Positions 1-12,835 are shown, counted from the first letter of the stretch. The stretch is DNA of 64,000 bases from an uncultured Mycoplasmatota bacterium (GCA_900546275.1 URCH01000001.1:132458-196457), one strand, 5' to 3'. A program made the numbers and translations. The notes: generated by a model from the sequence alone, not told the origin.

Positions 1-604
1 GTAATCTACCGCATAAACCGTTAATTTTATTTGGATTTAATGAAACATTTTGATTTTTAGCCATGTTAACTGATACTGAATCCATATTATTCAAAAATGA
101 ACTGCAACATAATTTTCTACCACATGGACCACATCCACCAATTTCTTTTGCTTTATCACGTGCTCCTATTTGTCTTAATTCAATTCTCGTTTTATATTTA
201 TTAGCCAATTCTTTTGCTAATTCCCTAAAATCAACCCTTGTATCTGATAAAAATCTAAATAATAATTTATCCCTATCAAGTGTATACATAGAATCTATTA
301 AATATATTTTCATGTTAAGGTTTTCTGAAATTTTTCTTGCCTCGTTCAATGCTAATTTTGCATCTTTTATATTTTTTGTATGTTTTTTTAAATCTTCACG
401 ATCTGCAATTCTCATTATAGATTTTAATGGAGTAGCTAATTGATTATCATTTAATTTAAAATTTGATTTTTTTACATATGCATATTGAATTCCATGTTCT
501 GTTTTAACTATTACATGTGTGTTCTCACTTAATACTAAATTGTTTGGAGAAAAATAATACACATGACCATTTTCTTTAAATGAAATTCCTACTACATCTA
601 TCAT
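1..604 (-). CDS. yaaT: PSP1 C-terminal domain protein (YaaT/RicT-like), 5' part only; gene continues beyond window start
   Basis: Reverse-strand ATG at 604 overlaps holB TGA (ATGA overlap). Translation MIDVVGISFKENGHVYYF...GLCGRL matches the PSP1/YaaT family. Position after holB mirrors the Bacillus tmk-holB-yaaT synteny. Confidence 0.65.
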   Translation of the reverse strand, partial: MIDVVGISFKENGHVYYFSPNNLVLSENTHVIVKTEHGIQYAYVKKSNFKLNDNQLATPLKSIMRIADREDLKKHTKNIKDAKLALNEARKISENLNMKIYLIDSMYTLDRDKLLFRFLSDTRVDFRELAKELANKYKTRIELRQIGARDKAKEIGGCGPCGRKLCCSSFLNNMDSVSVNMAKNQNVSLNPNKINGLCGRL

Positions 605-1539
605 TCTACACCCTCCATATCTATAATAAACTTGTCCATAAGTAAATTTAAATTTAAATTATATTTTATTTTTTCTTTATATTCCAATAGAATATTTAAT
701 TGATTACACAATTTATTTATGCTATTTTTAATAATTATTTCATCTAATATTTCATCACTATAGTTACTAATTTTTAGTTTTTGTTCTATCATTTTTTTAT
801 ATAGTACAATCATATAACTAAAACCAAATAAGTAATCTTCTTTTGTTGTTAAAAAATTATTCCAATATTTATTTACATATAATATAGTATCTTTTCCACA
901 ATCATAAATTTCTTTTATAAATTTTTTTATTGAATTAAACTTTTCTATATTTGTTTCATCATTTATAAATTCATCTGGATTTTCAATTGATAGCATGTCC
1001 AACAATTCTTTTTCAGGCGAATTATTAATCTGCTTTACTTGACGCATTTTTAATATTTGACAACGTGATAATATTGTATTTAATAATAAATCTTTACTTG
1101 GTGTTATCAATATAGCAATTATATTAGCTTCTGGTTCTTCTAAAAACTTTAATAATGTTGCTGATGAAGAATCATTTAGTTTTTCTGCTTCTTCTATAAT
1201 ATATACTTTGTTTGAAGATTCAACTGACTTTAAACTAAATTCTTTTTGAAGATCACTGATTTGTTCTTTTTTTATTTGTAACGTATCGGTTTTTAATACT
1301 TTTAATTCTGAAAAGCAATTATCATCTATTCTTTGACATTGTGTACAGTTATTGCAATTTTCAATTTTAGATTTATGATATGGGCACAACAAAAATTTTG
1401 CAAAAGAAACAGCAAAATTAAATCCAGCAGGATTATAATTTGTTTCTATTAAATATGCATGAGATATTTTATTTTTATTTACCGAATTAACAATCATTTT
1501 ATACAAAATAGGTTGTTTTTCTTTATAATCTTCAAGCAT
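601..1539 (-). CDS. holB: DNA polymerase III delta prime subunit
   Basis: AAA+ clamp-loader motifs (HAYLIETN..., CxxC zinc module CPYHKSKIENCNNCTQC, SRCQ). Start chosen at MLEDYKEK with GGAGGTG RBS; the track ORF extends 18 codons further upstream without an RBS. Confidence 0.8.
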   Translation of the reverse strand: MLEDYKEKQPILYKMIVNSVNKNKISHAYLIETNYNPAGFNFAVSFAKFLLCPYHKSKIENCNNCTQCQRIDDNCFSELKVLKTDTLQIKKEQISDLQKEFSLKSVESSNKVYIIEEAEKLNDSSSATLLKFLEEPEANIIAILITPSKDLLLNTILSRCQILKMRQVKQINNSPEKELLDMLSIENPDEFINDETNIEKFNSIKKFIKEIYDCGKDTILYVNKYWNNFLTTKEDYLFGFSYMIVLYKKMIEQKLKISNYSDEILDEIIIKNSINKLCNQLNILLEYKEKIKYNLNLNLLMDKFIIDMEGVE

Positions 1540-1556
1540 ACTACACACCTCCAAAA

Positions 1557-1754
1557 TTAAAAAGCTATCAAGAATATAGCAATAAAACCACAAAGTGCAT
1601 GAACATCAAATAATGTAACAAAGAATATTGTAATAATATTTATTGGAATTATTACACCAAGTGGGGATGCAATTAAATTAAATCCATATAACAAAAAGCA
1701 AGTTAAAATTATTTTTTTTAATATTTTAAAGATTTTTTTTAACATTTTATTCAC
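1557..1754 (-). CDS. small hydrophobic membrane protein, hypothetical
   Basis: 65-aa ORF with two predicted TM helices between recR and holB. No recognisable family. Confidence 0.3.
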   Translation of the reverse strand: MNKMLKKIFKILKKIILTCFLLYGFNLIASPLGVIIPINIITIFFVTLFDVHALCGFIAIFLIAF

Positions 1755-1783
1755 CCAATAAATATTATGACAGTATTAAAACT

Positions 1784-2386
1784 TTATTCTGATATTTTCA
1801 TACGATTATCAAAAGCTAATTCCAAAGTAAGTGAATCGAGATATTCCATATCGGCACCCATTGGAACACCATGGGCTATTTTTGTAATAACAACATTTTC
1901 TTTTGACAATATTTTTGATATATATAATGCTGTTGTTTCTCCTTCTATACTAGGTTTAACAGCGATTATTATTTCTTTAATATTTTCTTTTTTTACTCTA
2001 TCCAACAAATTTGAAATATTTATATCCTCTGGAGTAATATTATCAAGTGGCGATATTAGACCACCAAGTACATGATATTTTCCATTAAAAACTCCTATTT
2101 TTTCAAAAGTGATTAAATTTTTAGGTTCTTCTACTATACATAAAACTCCTGTATCACGTGTTTTATCTGAACATATTTCACATATTTCTGTTTCTGATAA
2201 ATTATTACAAATGGAACATTTTCTAATTTTTGTTTTAGTAGCTAATAAATTTTCTGCAAAAAACTTTACAATATCTGAATCTAATTCTAAAACAGAAAGT
2301 GCCATTCGTTCGGCTGTTTTTTCACCTATTCCTGGTAATTTTTTAAAACTTTCTATTAAATTATTAATTGTTCGTGGATAGCCCAT
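1784..2386 (-). CDS. recR: recombination protein RecR
   Basis: HhH motif plus C4 zinc finger CSICNNLSETEICEIC and Toprim domain. Conserved ybaB-recR pairing. Confidence 0.9.
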   Translation of the reverse strand: MGYPRTINNLIESFKKLPGIGEKTAERMALSVLELDSDIVKFFAENLLATKTKIRKCSICNNLSETEICEICSDKTRDTGVLCIVEEPKNLITFEKIGVFNGKYHVLGGLISPLDNITPEDINISNLLDRVKKENIKEIIIAVKPSIEGETTALYISKILSKENVVITKIAHGVPMGADMEYLDSLTLELAFDNRMKISE

Positions 2387-2682
2387 TAAAACAAACCTGG
2401 CATTCCTTGTGTATATTTACCCATTTTATTTTCAGTTTCTTTGTCTATTTTATTCATCGCATCATTTATAGCCACTACAATCATATCTTGTAACATTTCA
2501 ATATCATCACTTGATAATTCTTTTTCTTCGATCATTATTTCTTTTATTTTTTTATTTCCATATACACTTACCTTTACAAAAGATGATTCTCCTGTAAAAA
2601 CTGTTTCATCTATTATTTTTTTTGTTTCCATCATTTCTTTTTGTAGCTTTTGAGCTTGTTTCATCATTGCTTGTATATTCAT
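2386..2682 (-). CDS. ybaB: nucleoid-associated protein YbaB/EbfC
   Basis: MNIQAMMKQAQKLQ... with C-terminal GMPGLF is typical of YbaB. Start at internal ATG 2682 with GAAAGGA RBS. Confidence 0.85.
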   Translation of the reverse strand: MNIQAMMKQAQKLQKEMMETKKIIDETVFTGESSFVKVSVYGNKKIKEIMIEEKELSSDDIEMLQDMIVVAINDAMNKIDKETENKMGKYTQGMPGLF

Positions 2683-2699
2683 TTTAAATTTTCCTTTCT

Positions 2700-4370
2700 C
2701 TATACATATTCTATACAATCACTAAATTGTTCTTGTATTTCATTTTTGTTTTTTAATATTTTTTTATATACATCTAATTCTTCTATGACATTTAAATCAT
2801 ATTCATATTTTTTTTGTTTACTATTAAATTCGTTTTTAATTATTGTCCAATCCTCTAAAAAAGTTGAAATTATTTTTAAATTTTGTCCCGTTGACTGTTC
2901 CAAAATATATTCGATTAAAGGAATATTTTCGTTAAATGTCTCAGAGATTGATTTTTCTTGAAAAACTAATATAATCGAATCTTTATTTGCGGCTTTAACT
3001 TGTGAATCTAATAGTAATGAAATATATTTACCATAGCTTTGACTAAATATATTATTTTTTAATGATTCAAATAATTTTCTAAATTCTAATATTTTGCTTT
3101 TATTTAAATCGGCAAGAACATTATTTATTCGTTGTTTCTTAAATTTTTCGTATTTTTCATATGATGTTATTTCATATTCAAAAATTTCATCGGTAGTATC
3201 TTTGTGTGCTTTGTACGCATTGTCTATTTTGTCTTGTGTTTTCTCATTTTTCTTTATGTTATTTTCGTTAACATTGGCATTATTATTTTTTTTAAGAGTT
3301 TGCATTATTTTAATAAGTGCCAACTCCAACAAAATTTTGGGGTTTGTTGTATTAATAAATTTGTAATTAGTATCATTTAGTATTTCTATACTTAATATTA
3401 ATTTCTCATTTTCAATATCTTGATACTTTTCATAATAAGACTTTTTGTTTGTTATTTGTGAAAAATAATTAGGTGTTTCTTTTAAAAGAATTATATTTTC
3501 AAGAAATTTTATAGTTTGTTCTGTTATTTTTTTTATGTTTATTCCATTTTCATCATAATTATTTAATAAACATAAAGTTTCATCTAATTTCAAATTTAAA
3601 ATATTATTTACAAATTCATTTATACTATTAAAATTTAATGTACCACTTACCTCATGTACGTCTTTTTCTGTAATATTAGACTGTAAATCAGAATATGCAA
3701 TTACTTGATCTAATAAACTAATTGAGTCACGCATACCACCATCACTCAAAACGGCAATCTCATGTAATGCATCTTCATCTATTGATATATTTTCTTGATT
3801 TGAAATATATTTTAATCTGTTTACAATTTCTTTATCTGATATTTTTTTAAAATCAAAACGCTGGCATCTTGATAAAATCGTACTTGGAATTTTATGAGGT
3901 TCTGTAGTAGCCAATATAAATATAGCGTGGCTTGGTGGTTCTTCTAAAGTTTTTAATAAAGCATTAAAAGCACCTGTGGTTAACATATGTACTTCATCTA
4001 TAATATATATTTTAAATTTACTATAAGTAGGTACTAATGAAACTTTATTACGAATTTCACGTATTTCATCTACACCATTGTTTGAAGCAGCATCTATTTC
4101 TATTATATCAGTGTTTTGTTTTAAATTAGTTTTTGTACAACTTACACAAACATCACAAGGAACGGTATCATTTGGATTTAAACAATTAATTATTTTAGCA
4201 AAGGCCTTAGCCATACTTGTTTTTCCTGTTCCCCTTGGTCCTGTAAACAAATAAGCATGTGTGATTTTATTATTTTTAATTGAATTTAATAGTGTTTTTA
4301 CAATAACATCTTGTCCCACTATATCATTTAAATTACTAGGGCGATACTTTCTATATAATGCCTGATACAT
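2700..4370 (-). CDS. dnaX: DNA polymerase III subunits gamma/tau
   Basis: N-terminus YRPSNLNDIVGQ...GPRGTGKTS Walker A, zinc module CDVCVSC, SRCQ motif. GAGGTG RBS. Confidence 0.9.
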   Translation of the reverse strand: MYQALYRKYRPSNLNDIVGQDVIVKTLLNSIKNNKITHAYLFTGPRGTGKTSMAKAFAKIINCLNPNDTVPCDVCVSCTKTNLKQNTDIIEIDAASNNGVDEIREIRNKVSLVPTYSKFKIYIIDEVHMLTTGAFNALLKTLEEPPSHAIFILATTEPHKIPSTILSRCQRFDFKKISDKEIVNRLKYISNQENISIDEDALHEIAVLSDGGMRDSISLLDQVIAYSDLQSNITEKDVHEVSGTLNFNSINEFVNNILNLKLDETLCLLNNYDENGINIKKITEQTIKFLENIILLKETPNYFSQITNKKSYYEKYQDIENEKLILSIEILNDTNYKFINTTNPKILLELALIKIMQTLKKNNNANVNENNIKKNEKTQDKIDNAYKAHKDTTDEIFEYEITSYEKYEKFKKQRINNVLADLNKSKILEFRKLFESLKNNIFSQSYGKYISLLLDSQVKAANKDSIILVFQEKSISETFNENIPLIEYILEQSTGQNLKIISTFLEDWTIIKNEFNSKQKKYEYDLNVIEELDVYKKILKNKNEIQEQFSDCIEYV

Positions 4371-4427
4371 ATTTCACCTCATTTCATATATATTATAACA
4401 TTAAATTTTTTATTTTAAGACAAAAGA

Positions 4428-4844
4428 TTATCTTTTATTTTGAAAAAATTTTTGTAAAAGTTGAGCTGATTCAAGTGTCATATTACCCTTTACTATTTTA
4501 ATTTTTTTTGTATCTATTTTATTCAAATATCCAAATTTTTCATTTTCTATTGCATAATAAATTTTTTTTATTCTGCTTTGAATAATTGCACCTGTACACA
4601 TCATACAAGGTTCCATAGTTATATATATTTCACAATCATCTAAATGCCACGTTTTTAATTTTTTACAAGCTTTTTCAATTGCAATAATTTCAGCATGTTT
4701 AGTTGTACATTGATATTTTTCTTTTTTATTATATGCCTTAGAAATTACAACATTATCTTTAACAATTACAGCACCAACTGGAACCTCTCCATTTTCATAA
4801 GCTTTTTCAGCTTCTTTATATGCGATTTTCATATATTTTTCCAT
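4428..4844 (-). CDS. tadA: tRNA-specific adenosine deaminase
   Basis: CMP/dCMP deaminase zinc motifs HAEIIAI and PCMMC. Conserved tadA position next to SRP RNA/dnaX. Confidence 0.85.
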   Translation of the reverse strand: MEKYMKIAYKEAEKAYENGEVPVGAVIVKDNVVISKAYNKKEKYQCTTKHAEIIAIEKACKKLKTWHLDDCEIYITMEPCMMCTGAIIQSRIKKIYYAIENEKFGYLNKIDTKKIKIVKGNMTLESAQLLQKFFQNKR

Positions 4845-4869
4845 TTAATCACCTTTTTTTCAAAAAAAA

Positions 4870-4940
4870 GCACACGTAATTAGAGGCTCTTAAGGCTGCT
4901 GTTTTCCAACTCTGACCTGATTCAAACATAATTACTGTGC
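4870..4940 (-). ncRNA. ffs: signal recognition particle RNA, short 4.5S-like form (domain IV hairpin)
   Basis: Minus-strand RNA GCACAGUAAUUAUGUUUGAAUCAGGUCAGAGUUGGAAAACAGCAGCCUUAAGAGCCUCUAAUUACGUGUGC. It contains the conserved AGGUCAG...GGAA...AGCAGCC domain IV motif. The 5' and 3' ends pair in a long helix and are followed by a U-run. Position between tadA and gyrA matches Bacillus scr synteny. Confidence 0.7.
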
Positions 4941-4946
4941 ATTAAT

Positions 4947-4975
4947 AATATATAATATATTAGACTTTATATCAA
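4947..4975 (-). promoter_or_regulatory. sigma-A type promoter for the SRP RNA
   Basis: Minus strand TTGATA-17 nt-TATATT, with 6 nt to the first G of the RNA helix. Confidence 0.5.
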
Positions 4976-4985
4976 GTTTTAATGA

Positions 4986-5001
4986 TGTTTCACGTGAAAC
5001 A
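4986..5001. other. parS: parS site 1, TGTTTCACGTGAAACA
   Basis: Perfect 16-bp palindrome identical to the canonical ParB-binding parS consensus. Confidence 0.75.
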
Positions 5002-5090
5002 TATTTCGTTTTTATATTTAAACATTTATAATCCTAAACTACATTGAAATTATATCTTGTTTATATATTTAAATTTAATTTTATTATCAA

Positions 5091-5106
5091 TGTTTCACGT
5101 GAAACA
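5091..5106. other. parS: parS site 2, TGTTTCACGTGAAACA
   Basis: Same perfect palindrome. Confidence 0.75.
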
Positions 5107-5205
5107 TATTTTATTTTTACATTTAGATATTTATAATCTTAAACTATATTGGAATTTAATCTTATTTTTATATTTAATTTAAATTACATTACCAATGTTT
5201 CACGT

Positions 5206-5221
5206 GAAACATATTTTGTTT
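5206..5221. other. parS: parS site 3, TGTTTCACGTGAAACA
   Basis: Same perfect palindrome. Confidence 0.75.
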
Positions 5222-5300
5222 TCATATTTAAACGTTTATAATCCTAAACTATATTGAAATTTGATCTTATTTTTATATTTAATTTAAATTACATTATCAA

Positions 5301-5316
5301 TGTTTCACGTGAAACA
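5301..5316. other. parS: parS site 4, TGTTTCACGTGAAACA; palindrome extends to TATCAATG...CATTGATA
   Basis: Same perfect 16-mer; here the dyad symmetry extends to 28 bp. Confidence 0.75.
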
Positions 5317-5345
5317 TTGATAATATTTAGTTAATATAAATATAT

Positions 5346-5384
5346 TTAATAAAATAAAATGACGTCATTAATAAACGTCATTTT
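5346..5384 (-). terminator. rho-independent terminator of gyrA
   Basis: Hairpin AAAATGACG...CGTCATTTT, containing a TGACGTCA palindrome, followed on the minus strand by a U-rich run. Confidence 0.5.
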
Positions 5385-5389
5385 ATATA

Positions 5390-7840
5390 TTAATTATTTT
5401 CTAAATTTTCTTTATCAGAATCATCATATTTTTCAACTAACGCAACAGTACTTACCTTTTGATTATCTTTTAGATTAATTAATCTAACACCTTGTGCAAC
5501 TCTACCTGTAGAAGAAACCTGATCTAATGGTAACCTAATAATAATTCCATTATTAGTAATAATAAGTAAATCACAATCACCTTTTACACATTTAAATGAA
5601 ACTATATTACCATTTTTTTCAGTTATATTAAGTGCTTTAACACCTTTGCTACCTCTATGTGTAATTCTATATTCTTCTACATTAGTTTTTTTACCATAAC
5701 CATTTTCAGTAACAACTAAAACTTGTTCATCTTTATCAGCTATCTCGCAGCCAACACATACTCCGTTTCCAACATCTATTCCTCTTACACCTGATGCAGT
5801 TCTATCCATAACTCTTATTTCGTTTTCATCAAATCTAATCATTCGACCATTTGATGAACCAATTAAAATTTCTTTATTGCCATCTGTTTTTTTAGCAAAC
5901 AACAAACTATCATTTTCTTTTAATGATATTGCTAATTTACCATTTTTTCTTATACTATCAAATTTTGATATCTTAGTTCTCTTAACTAAACCACTTTGTG
6001 TACAAAATACAATATATTCGTTTTTATCTTCATTTTCAACGGATAACATAGTTGTTACGATTTCATTTTTATCGATAGGTAATAAATTTATTATTGGCAA
6101 TCCTTTAGATTGTCTGCTAAATTCTGGGATTTCGTATCCTTTAATTCTGTATACCTTTCCCTTGTTTGTAAAGAATAATATATAATCATGAGTTTTCATA
6201 GTAATAAGATATTTTGCAAAATCTTCTTCATTTGTAGTCATACCTTTTATACCTACCCCGCCCCTATTTTGAGTTCGATAAGTTTCACTATTAACTCTCT
6301 TTATATATCCTTTATCCGTTAGAGTTACTATTATATCTTCAACTGGTATTAAAGATTCATCTTCTATATAATCAATTGAAGTCATATCAATACTAGTTTT
6401 TCTATCATCTGAATATTTATTCTTAATTTCCAATAACTCTTTTTTGATAATATCTAGTACCCTTTGTTCACTACCAAGAATTAACTTTAATTCTTCTATT
6501 AATTTTAATAATTCATTTAATTCTTGTTCAATTTTATCTTTTTCTAAGCCAGTTAATCTACGTAATTTTAATTCCAAAATACTTTCTGCTTGAATCTGAG
6601 TAAAATTAAAGCGTAAGATAAGTTTTTCTTTTGCTATCACATCTGATTTTGATTCTTTAATAATTTTTATTACTTCATCAATGTTATCAAGTGCAATTTT
6701 ATATCCTTCCAAAATATGAACCCTTTTTTCAGCTTTTTCTAATTCAAAACGAGTTCTTCTAATTACAACTTCTTTTTGATAATCTATATATTTTGAAATT
6801 ATATCTTTTAATGGTAAAGTTTTTGGAACACCATTATCAAGCATTAAAAAGATTATTCCATAATTAGTTTGGAAAGAAGTGTGTTTATATAAATTATTTA
6901 AAACTACTTGAGGATTTGCATCCTTTTTTAAAGTAATTGTAATTTTTACACCATCTTTTAAATCAGTATGATAATCTGATATTCCATCAATAACTTTGGT
7001 ATGAACTAATTCAGCAACTTTATTTTTTAACTCTAAAGTATTTATTCCATAAGGAACCTCATCTATTATTATATAATTTTTTCCGTTATTTTCTTCTATT
7101 CTAGCCCTACTACGAATAGTAATTGTTCCTCTTCCTGTTTCATAAGCTTTTTTAATTCCAGAATTACCTAATATAACGCCACCTGTTGGAAAATCTGGCC
7201 CTTTGATATATTGCATTAATCCTAATGTATCTATTTCTGGATTATCTATATAAGCAATACATCCATCTATAACTTCACCTAAATTATGTGGTGGAATATT
7301 AGTAGCCATACCAACTGCAATTCCCATTGTACCATTTACCAATATATTTGGAAATTTAGAAGGCAATACAGAAGGTTCTTTTTCAGATTCATCAAAATTT
7401 GAAGTAAAATCAACTGTATTTTTATAAATATCGCGTAGTAATTCCAATGATATTTTTGATAAACGAGATTCCGTGTAACGCATTGCTGCTGCTCCATAAC
7501 CTTCAATATTACCAAAATTTCCATGTCCATCTACTAAAGGATATCTATAACTAAAATCTTGAGCCATTCTAACCATGGCTTCATATATACTTGAATCTCC
7601 ATGTGGATGATATTTACCCATAACATCCCCAACAATTCTCGCACTTTTTTTATGAGGTTTATCTGGAGTATAATTTGATTCATACATTGACCATAAAATT
7701 CTACGATGAACAGGTTTTAGTCCATCTCTAAGATCAGGTAACGCACGTGAAACAATTACACTCATTGAATATTCAAGAAATGAGGATTCTACTTCATTTA
7801 CTATATTATTTTCTTGTTTTCTATCTCTACTATGATCCAT
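5390..7840 (-). CDS. gyrA: DNA gyrase subunit A
   Basis: 816 aa; active-site region ...[18 protein letters not shown]..., C-terminal beta-pinwheel repeats; AGGAGG RBS. Confidence 0.95.
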   Translation of the reverse strand: MDHSRDRKQENNIVNEVESSFLEYSMSVIVSRALPDLRDGLKPVHRRILWSMYESNYTPDKPHKKSARIVGDVMGKYHPHGDSSIYEAMVRMAQDFSYRYPLVDGHGNFGNIEGYGAAAMRYTESRLSKISLELLRDIYKNTVDFTSNFDESEKEPSVLPSKFPNILVNGTMGIAVGMATNIPPHNLGEVIDGCIAYIDNPEIDTLGLMQYIKGPDFPTGGVILGNSGIKKAYETGRGTITIRSRARIEENNGKNYIIIDEVPYGINTLELKNKVAELVHTKVIDGISDYHTDLKDGVKITITLKKDANPQVVLNNLYKHTSFQTNYGIIFLMLDNGVPKTLPLKDIISKYIDYQKEVVIRRTRFELEKAEKRVHILEGYKIALDNIDEVIKIIKESKSDVIAKEKLILRFNFTQIQAESILELKLRRLTGLEKDKIEQELNELLKLIEELKLILGSEQRVLDIIKKELLEIKNKYSDDRKTSIDMTSIDYIEDESLIPVEDIIVTLTDKGYIKRVNSETYRTQNRGGVGIKGMTTNEEDFAKYLITMKTHDYILFFTNKGKVYRIKGYEIPEFSRQSKGLPIINLLPIDKNEIVTTMLSVENEDKNEYIVFCTQSGLVKRTKISKFDSIRKNGKLAISLKENDSLLFAKKTDGNKEILIGSSNGRMIRFDENEIRVMDRTASGVRGIDVGNGVCVGCEIADKDEQVLVVTENGYGKKTNVEEYRITHRGSKGVKALNITEKNGNIVSFKCVKGDCDLLIITNNGIIIRLPLDQVSSTGRVAQGVRLINLKDNQKVSTVALVEKYDDSDKENLENN

Positions 7841-7851
7841 ACATTAACCTC

Positions 7852-10888
<3,037 letters not shown>

Positions 10889-11012
10889 ACTATGCCTCTT
10901 TTCACGTTAAAAATGCTCATTTATAAATTTTATATAAAATAAATACTCCTATACACACTTAATATTATAACATAAAAACACATAAAAAGAGTAAAAAATA
11001 ATATTTTTACCC

Positions 11013-11468
11013 TTAATTTTGAATTAATTTTCTTGTTTTTAAAATATTTTCCAATCTTAATGCTCTAAATATTTGATTTTCAAATGAAAATATTGATAAA
11101 TCAAATTCTAAATTAATTCCATTTTTAAAATTTACTAATACCTTATTATCATTTTTTATATAATTATTAATATTTTTTAATGATATCCAAGAACAATTAT
11201 CTAATCTTGGAGAATTCGTAGGAAAAAATATTAATTCTTGCGTTTCTTCTATTATAATTGGAAGTTTATAACTAACACCTAATATATTTTTTGCACCTTC
11301 ATATCTTCCCACATAAGAACTACCAAAATATTTACAACTATGATTAATTATATCAGCCACACTCTTATTAATTATAAAATTTGAATCATGTTCATATATT
11401 TTACTTATATTAGATTCAACTGGTATTATAGCAAGTGTAGACTTATTTATTTCATAATTATCCAACAT
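11013..11468 (-). CDS. ComK-family protein (competence transcription factor-like)
   Basis: Conserved blocks CKYFGSSYVGRYEGA...YKLPIII, LIFFPTNSPRLDNCSWIS and SFENQIFRALRL align with B. subtilis ComK (CRFFGSSYAGRKAG...HKPPIMV; IFLFPTLSSTRPQCGWIS; SFENQVYRTAWL). Strong GGGGAGGTG RBS. Confidence 0.6.
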   Translation of the reverse strand: MLDNYEINKSTLAIIPVESNISKIYEHDSNFIINKSVADIINHSCKYFGSSYVGRYEGAKNILGVSYKLPIIIEETQELIFFPTNSPRLDNCSWISLKNINNYIKNDNKVLVNFKNGINLEFDLSIFSFENQIFRALRLENILKTRKLIQN

Positions 11469-11594
11469 ACTTCACCTCCCCTATATCTAATTTTCCAAAA
11501 AAAAACTAGATTTCCTTTTTTATACACTATTTTTTTTGCGAAATTTGTTGAATTTTGTAGAAAAAATTAAATTTTTTGAAAAAAAAAGAATTAA

Positions 11595-12716
11595 TTAGCC
11601 AATTCTTATTGGAACTATTAATTCTATTAGATCATTACTATCTGGATTTTTTAAAATTATTGGTCTTATTTCTCCATTAAACATTAATTCAATTTCTTCA
11701 CAATCAAATGCTTTTAACGCATCCATCATATACTTTGAACTAAAAGCAATTGTAATATTATTTTCTATTGTGTTTAATAAATTAATTTTTTCAGTTACGT
11801 TTCCTATTTCAGGTATATTACTAGATAATATAATATTATCATTAAAACTTTCTAATTTGACTGTATTTTTATCATTTTCGTTTGTAAGTAAACTAGCTCT
11901 ATCAATAGCATTATATAAATCTTGTAAATTAACTTTCATTTTAATTGAAAAATCTTTTGGAATAAGTGCAGTTGTATCAATAAACGAACCATTAATCAAT
12001 CTTGACATCATAATTATTGTGGAAAACTTAAATATAACTTTATTATTAAATATATGTAATTCAACTTTATTATTATCATCCACAAATAATTTAACTAATT
12101 CATTTAAATTTCTAGTAGGAATAATTATATCAACTGGTTCAGATACTTCATTATCTAACTCTATTATTTTTTTAGATAAACGATATGAATCTGTTGAGGT
12201 ACATTCCATTATATTTCTATTTATTTTAACATTTACACCAGTTAAAATAGGTCTTGATTCTTGATTAGAAGTTGCAAAAACAGTTTGATTAATTATATTT
12301 TTTAACGTTTTAGTTGTTAAAATAACTGGATTTTTATGTTCTTCTAATTTTATCTGTGGAAAATCATTCACATTATTACAATTAAGTGTAAAAGAAGAAT
12401 TTGATGTAGTAATGTATAACTTAAAGTCCATTACTTCTTCTAGATTTATTATTTCATTAGGAAGTTTTTTTATTATATCATATATATATCTACCAGAAAC
12501 AACTAATTCTCCACAAACATCAATACTTTCTATTTGATTTTTTGAAATAAAAGTTTTAATTGCTATATCATTATCAGAACTCATTAAATATAATCCATCT
12601 TCTGTTAAATCAAATTTAATACAATTTAATATAGGAATTAGATTTTTATTTGAAATTCCTTTTATAGCATAATTTAAATGTTCCATTAATATTGATTGTT
12701 TAATTTTTAATTTCAT
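11595..12716 (-). CDS. dnaN: DNA polymerase III beta sliding clamp
   Basis: Three-domain beta-clamp MKLKIKQSILMEHLNYAIKG...; start at MKLKIK with GGAGG RBS (track ORF extends 5 codons upstream). Confidence 0.9.
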   Translation of the reverse strand: MKLKIKQSILMEHLNYAIKGISNKNLIPILNCIKFDLTEDGLYLMSSDNDIAIKTFISKNQIESIDVCGELVVSGRYIYDIIKKLPNEIINLEEVMDFKLYITTSNSSFTLNCNNVNDFPQIKLEEHKNPVILTTKTLKNIINQTVFATSNQESRPILTGVNVKINRNIMECTSTDSYRLSKKIIELDNEVSEPVDIIIPTRNLNELVKLFVDDNNKVELHIFNNKVIFKFSTIIMMSRLINGSFIDTTALIPKDFSIKMKVNLQDLYNAIDRASLLTNENDKNTVKLESFNDNIILSSNIPEIGNVTEKINLLNTIENNITIAFSSKYMMDALKAFDCEEIELMFNGEIRPIILKNPDSNDLIELIVPIRIG

Positions 12717-12769
12717 TTTATCATCCTCCATTTTATATATTTTTTATTTAAATTATTATTGTTATTATT

Positions 12770-12835
12770 GTTGTGGAAACTGTGGAAAACTTTGTTTAAA
12801 GTATTGTTTTTATTAGTAAAACAACTGTGGAAAAC
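12770..12835. promoter_or_regulatory. DnaA-box cluster in dnaA-dnaN spacer (oriC second half / DUE flank)
   Basis: TGTGGAAAC at 12772, TGTGGAAAA at 12781 and TGTGGAAAA at 12826, all in the same orientation within an AT-rich spacer. Confidence 0.7.

Larger units (their letters stand above)
4977..5320. repeat. tandem array of ~105-bp direct repeats (about 3.3 units), each carrying a parS palindrome
   Basis: Units beginning ...TCAATGTTTCACGTGAAACATATTT(N)GTTTT(N)ATATTTAAACATTTATAATCCTAAACTA(C/T)ATTGAAATT... recur with periods of 105, 115 and 95 bp. Confidence 0.8.

Noticed and set aside
63-443. 126-aa plus-strand ORF at window start
   Set aside because: It lies antisense to the well-supported PSP1/YaaT coding sequence on the minus strand, has a low-complexity hydrophobic translation, and has no RBS.
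1767-3366. Several 60-100-aa plus-strand ORFs (1767..2075, 2109..2381, 2441..2653, 2650..2961, 3094..3366)
   Set aside because: All are antisense to recR, ybaB and dnaX. They are AT-rich codon artefacts with F/I/L/S-rich translations and no RBS.
4986-5316. Interpreting TGTTTCACGTGAAACA as a cre (CcpA), Rex or E-box type operator
   Set aside because: The cre half-sites are in the opposite arrangement (TGAAA-CG-TTTCA vs here TTTCA-CG-TGAAA), and the Rex consensus is TTGTGAA-N4-TTCACAA. The 16-mer matches the parS consensus exactly. Its location is intergenic near oriC rather than in a promoter.
4977-5320. CRISPR array hypothesis for the ~105-bp tandem repeats
   Set aside because: The repeat unit is ~105 bp with no short repeat-spacer alternation. 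The conserved part is the palindrome plus flanks, and no cas genes are nearby.
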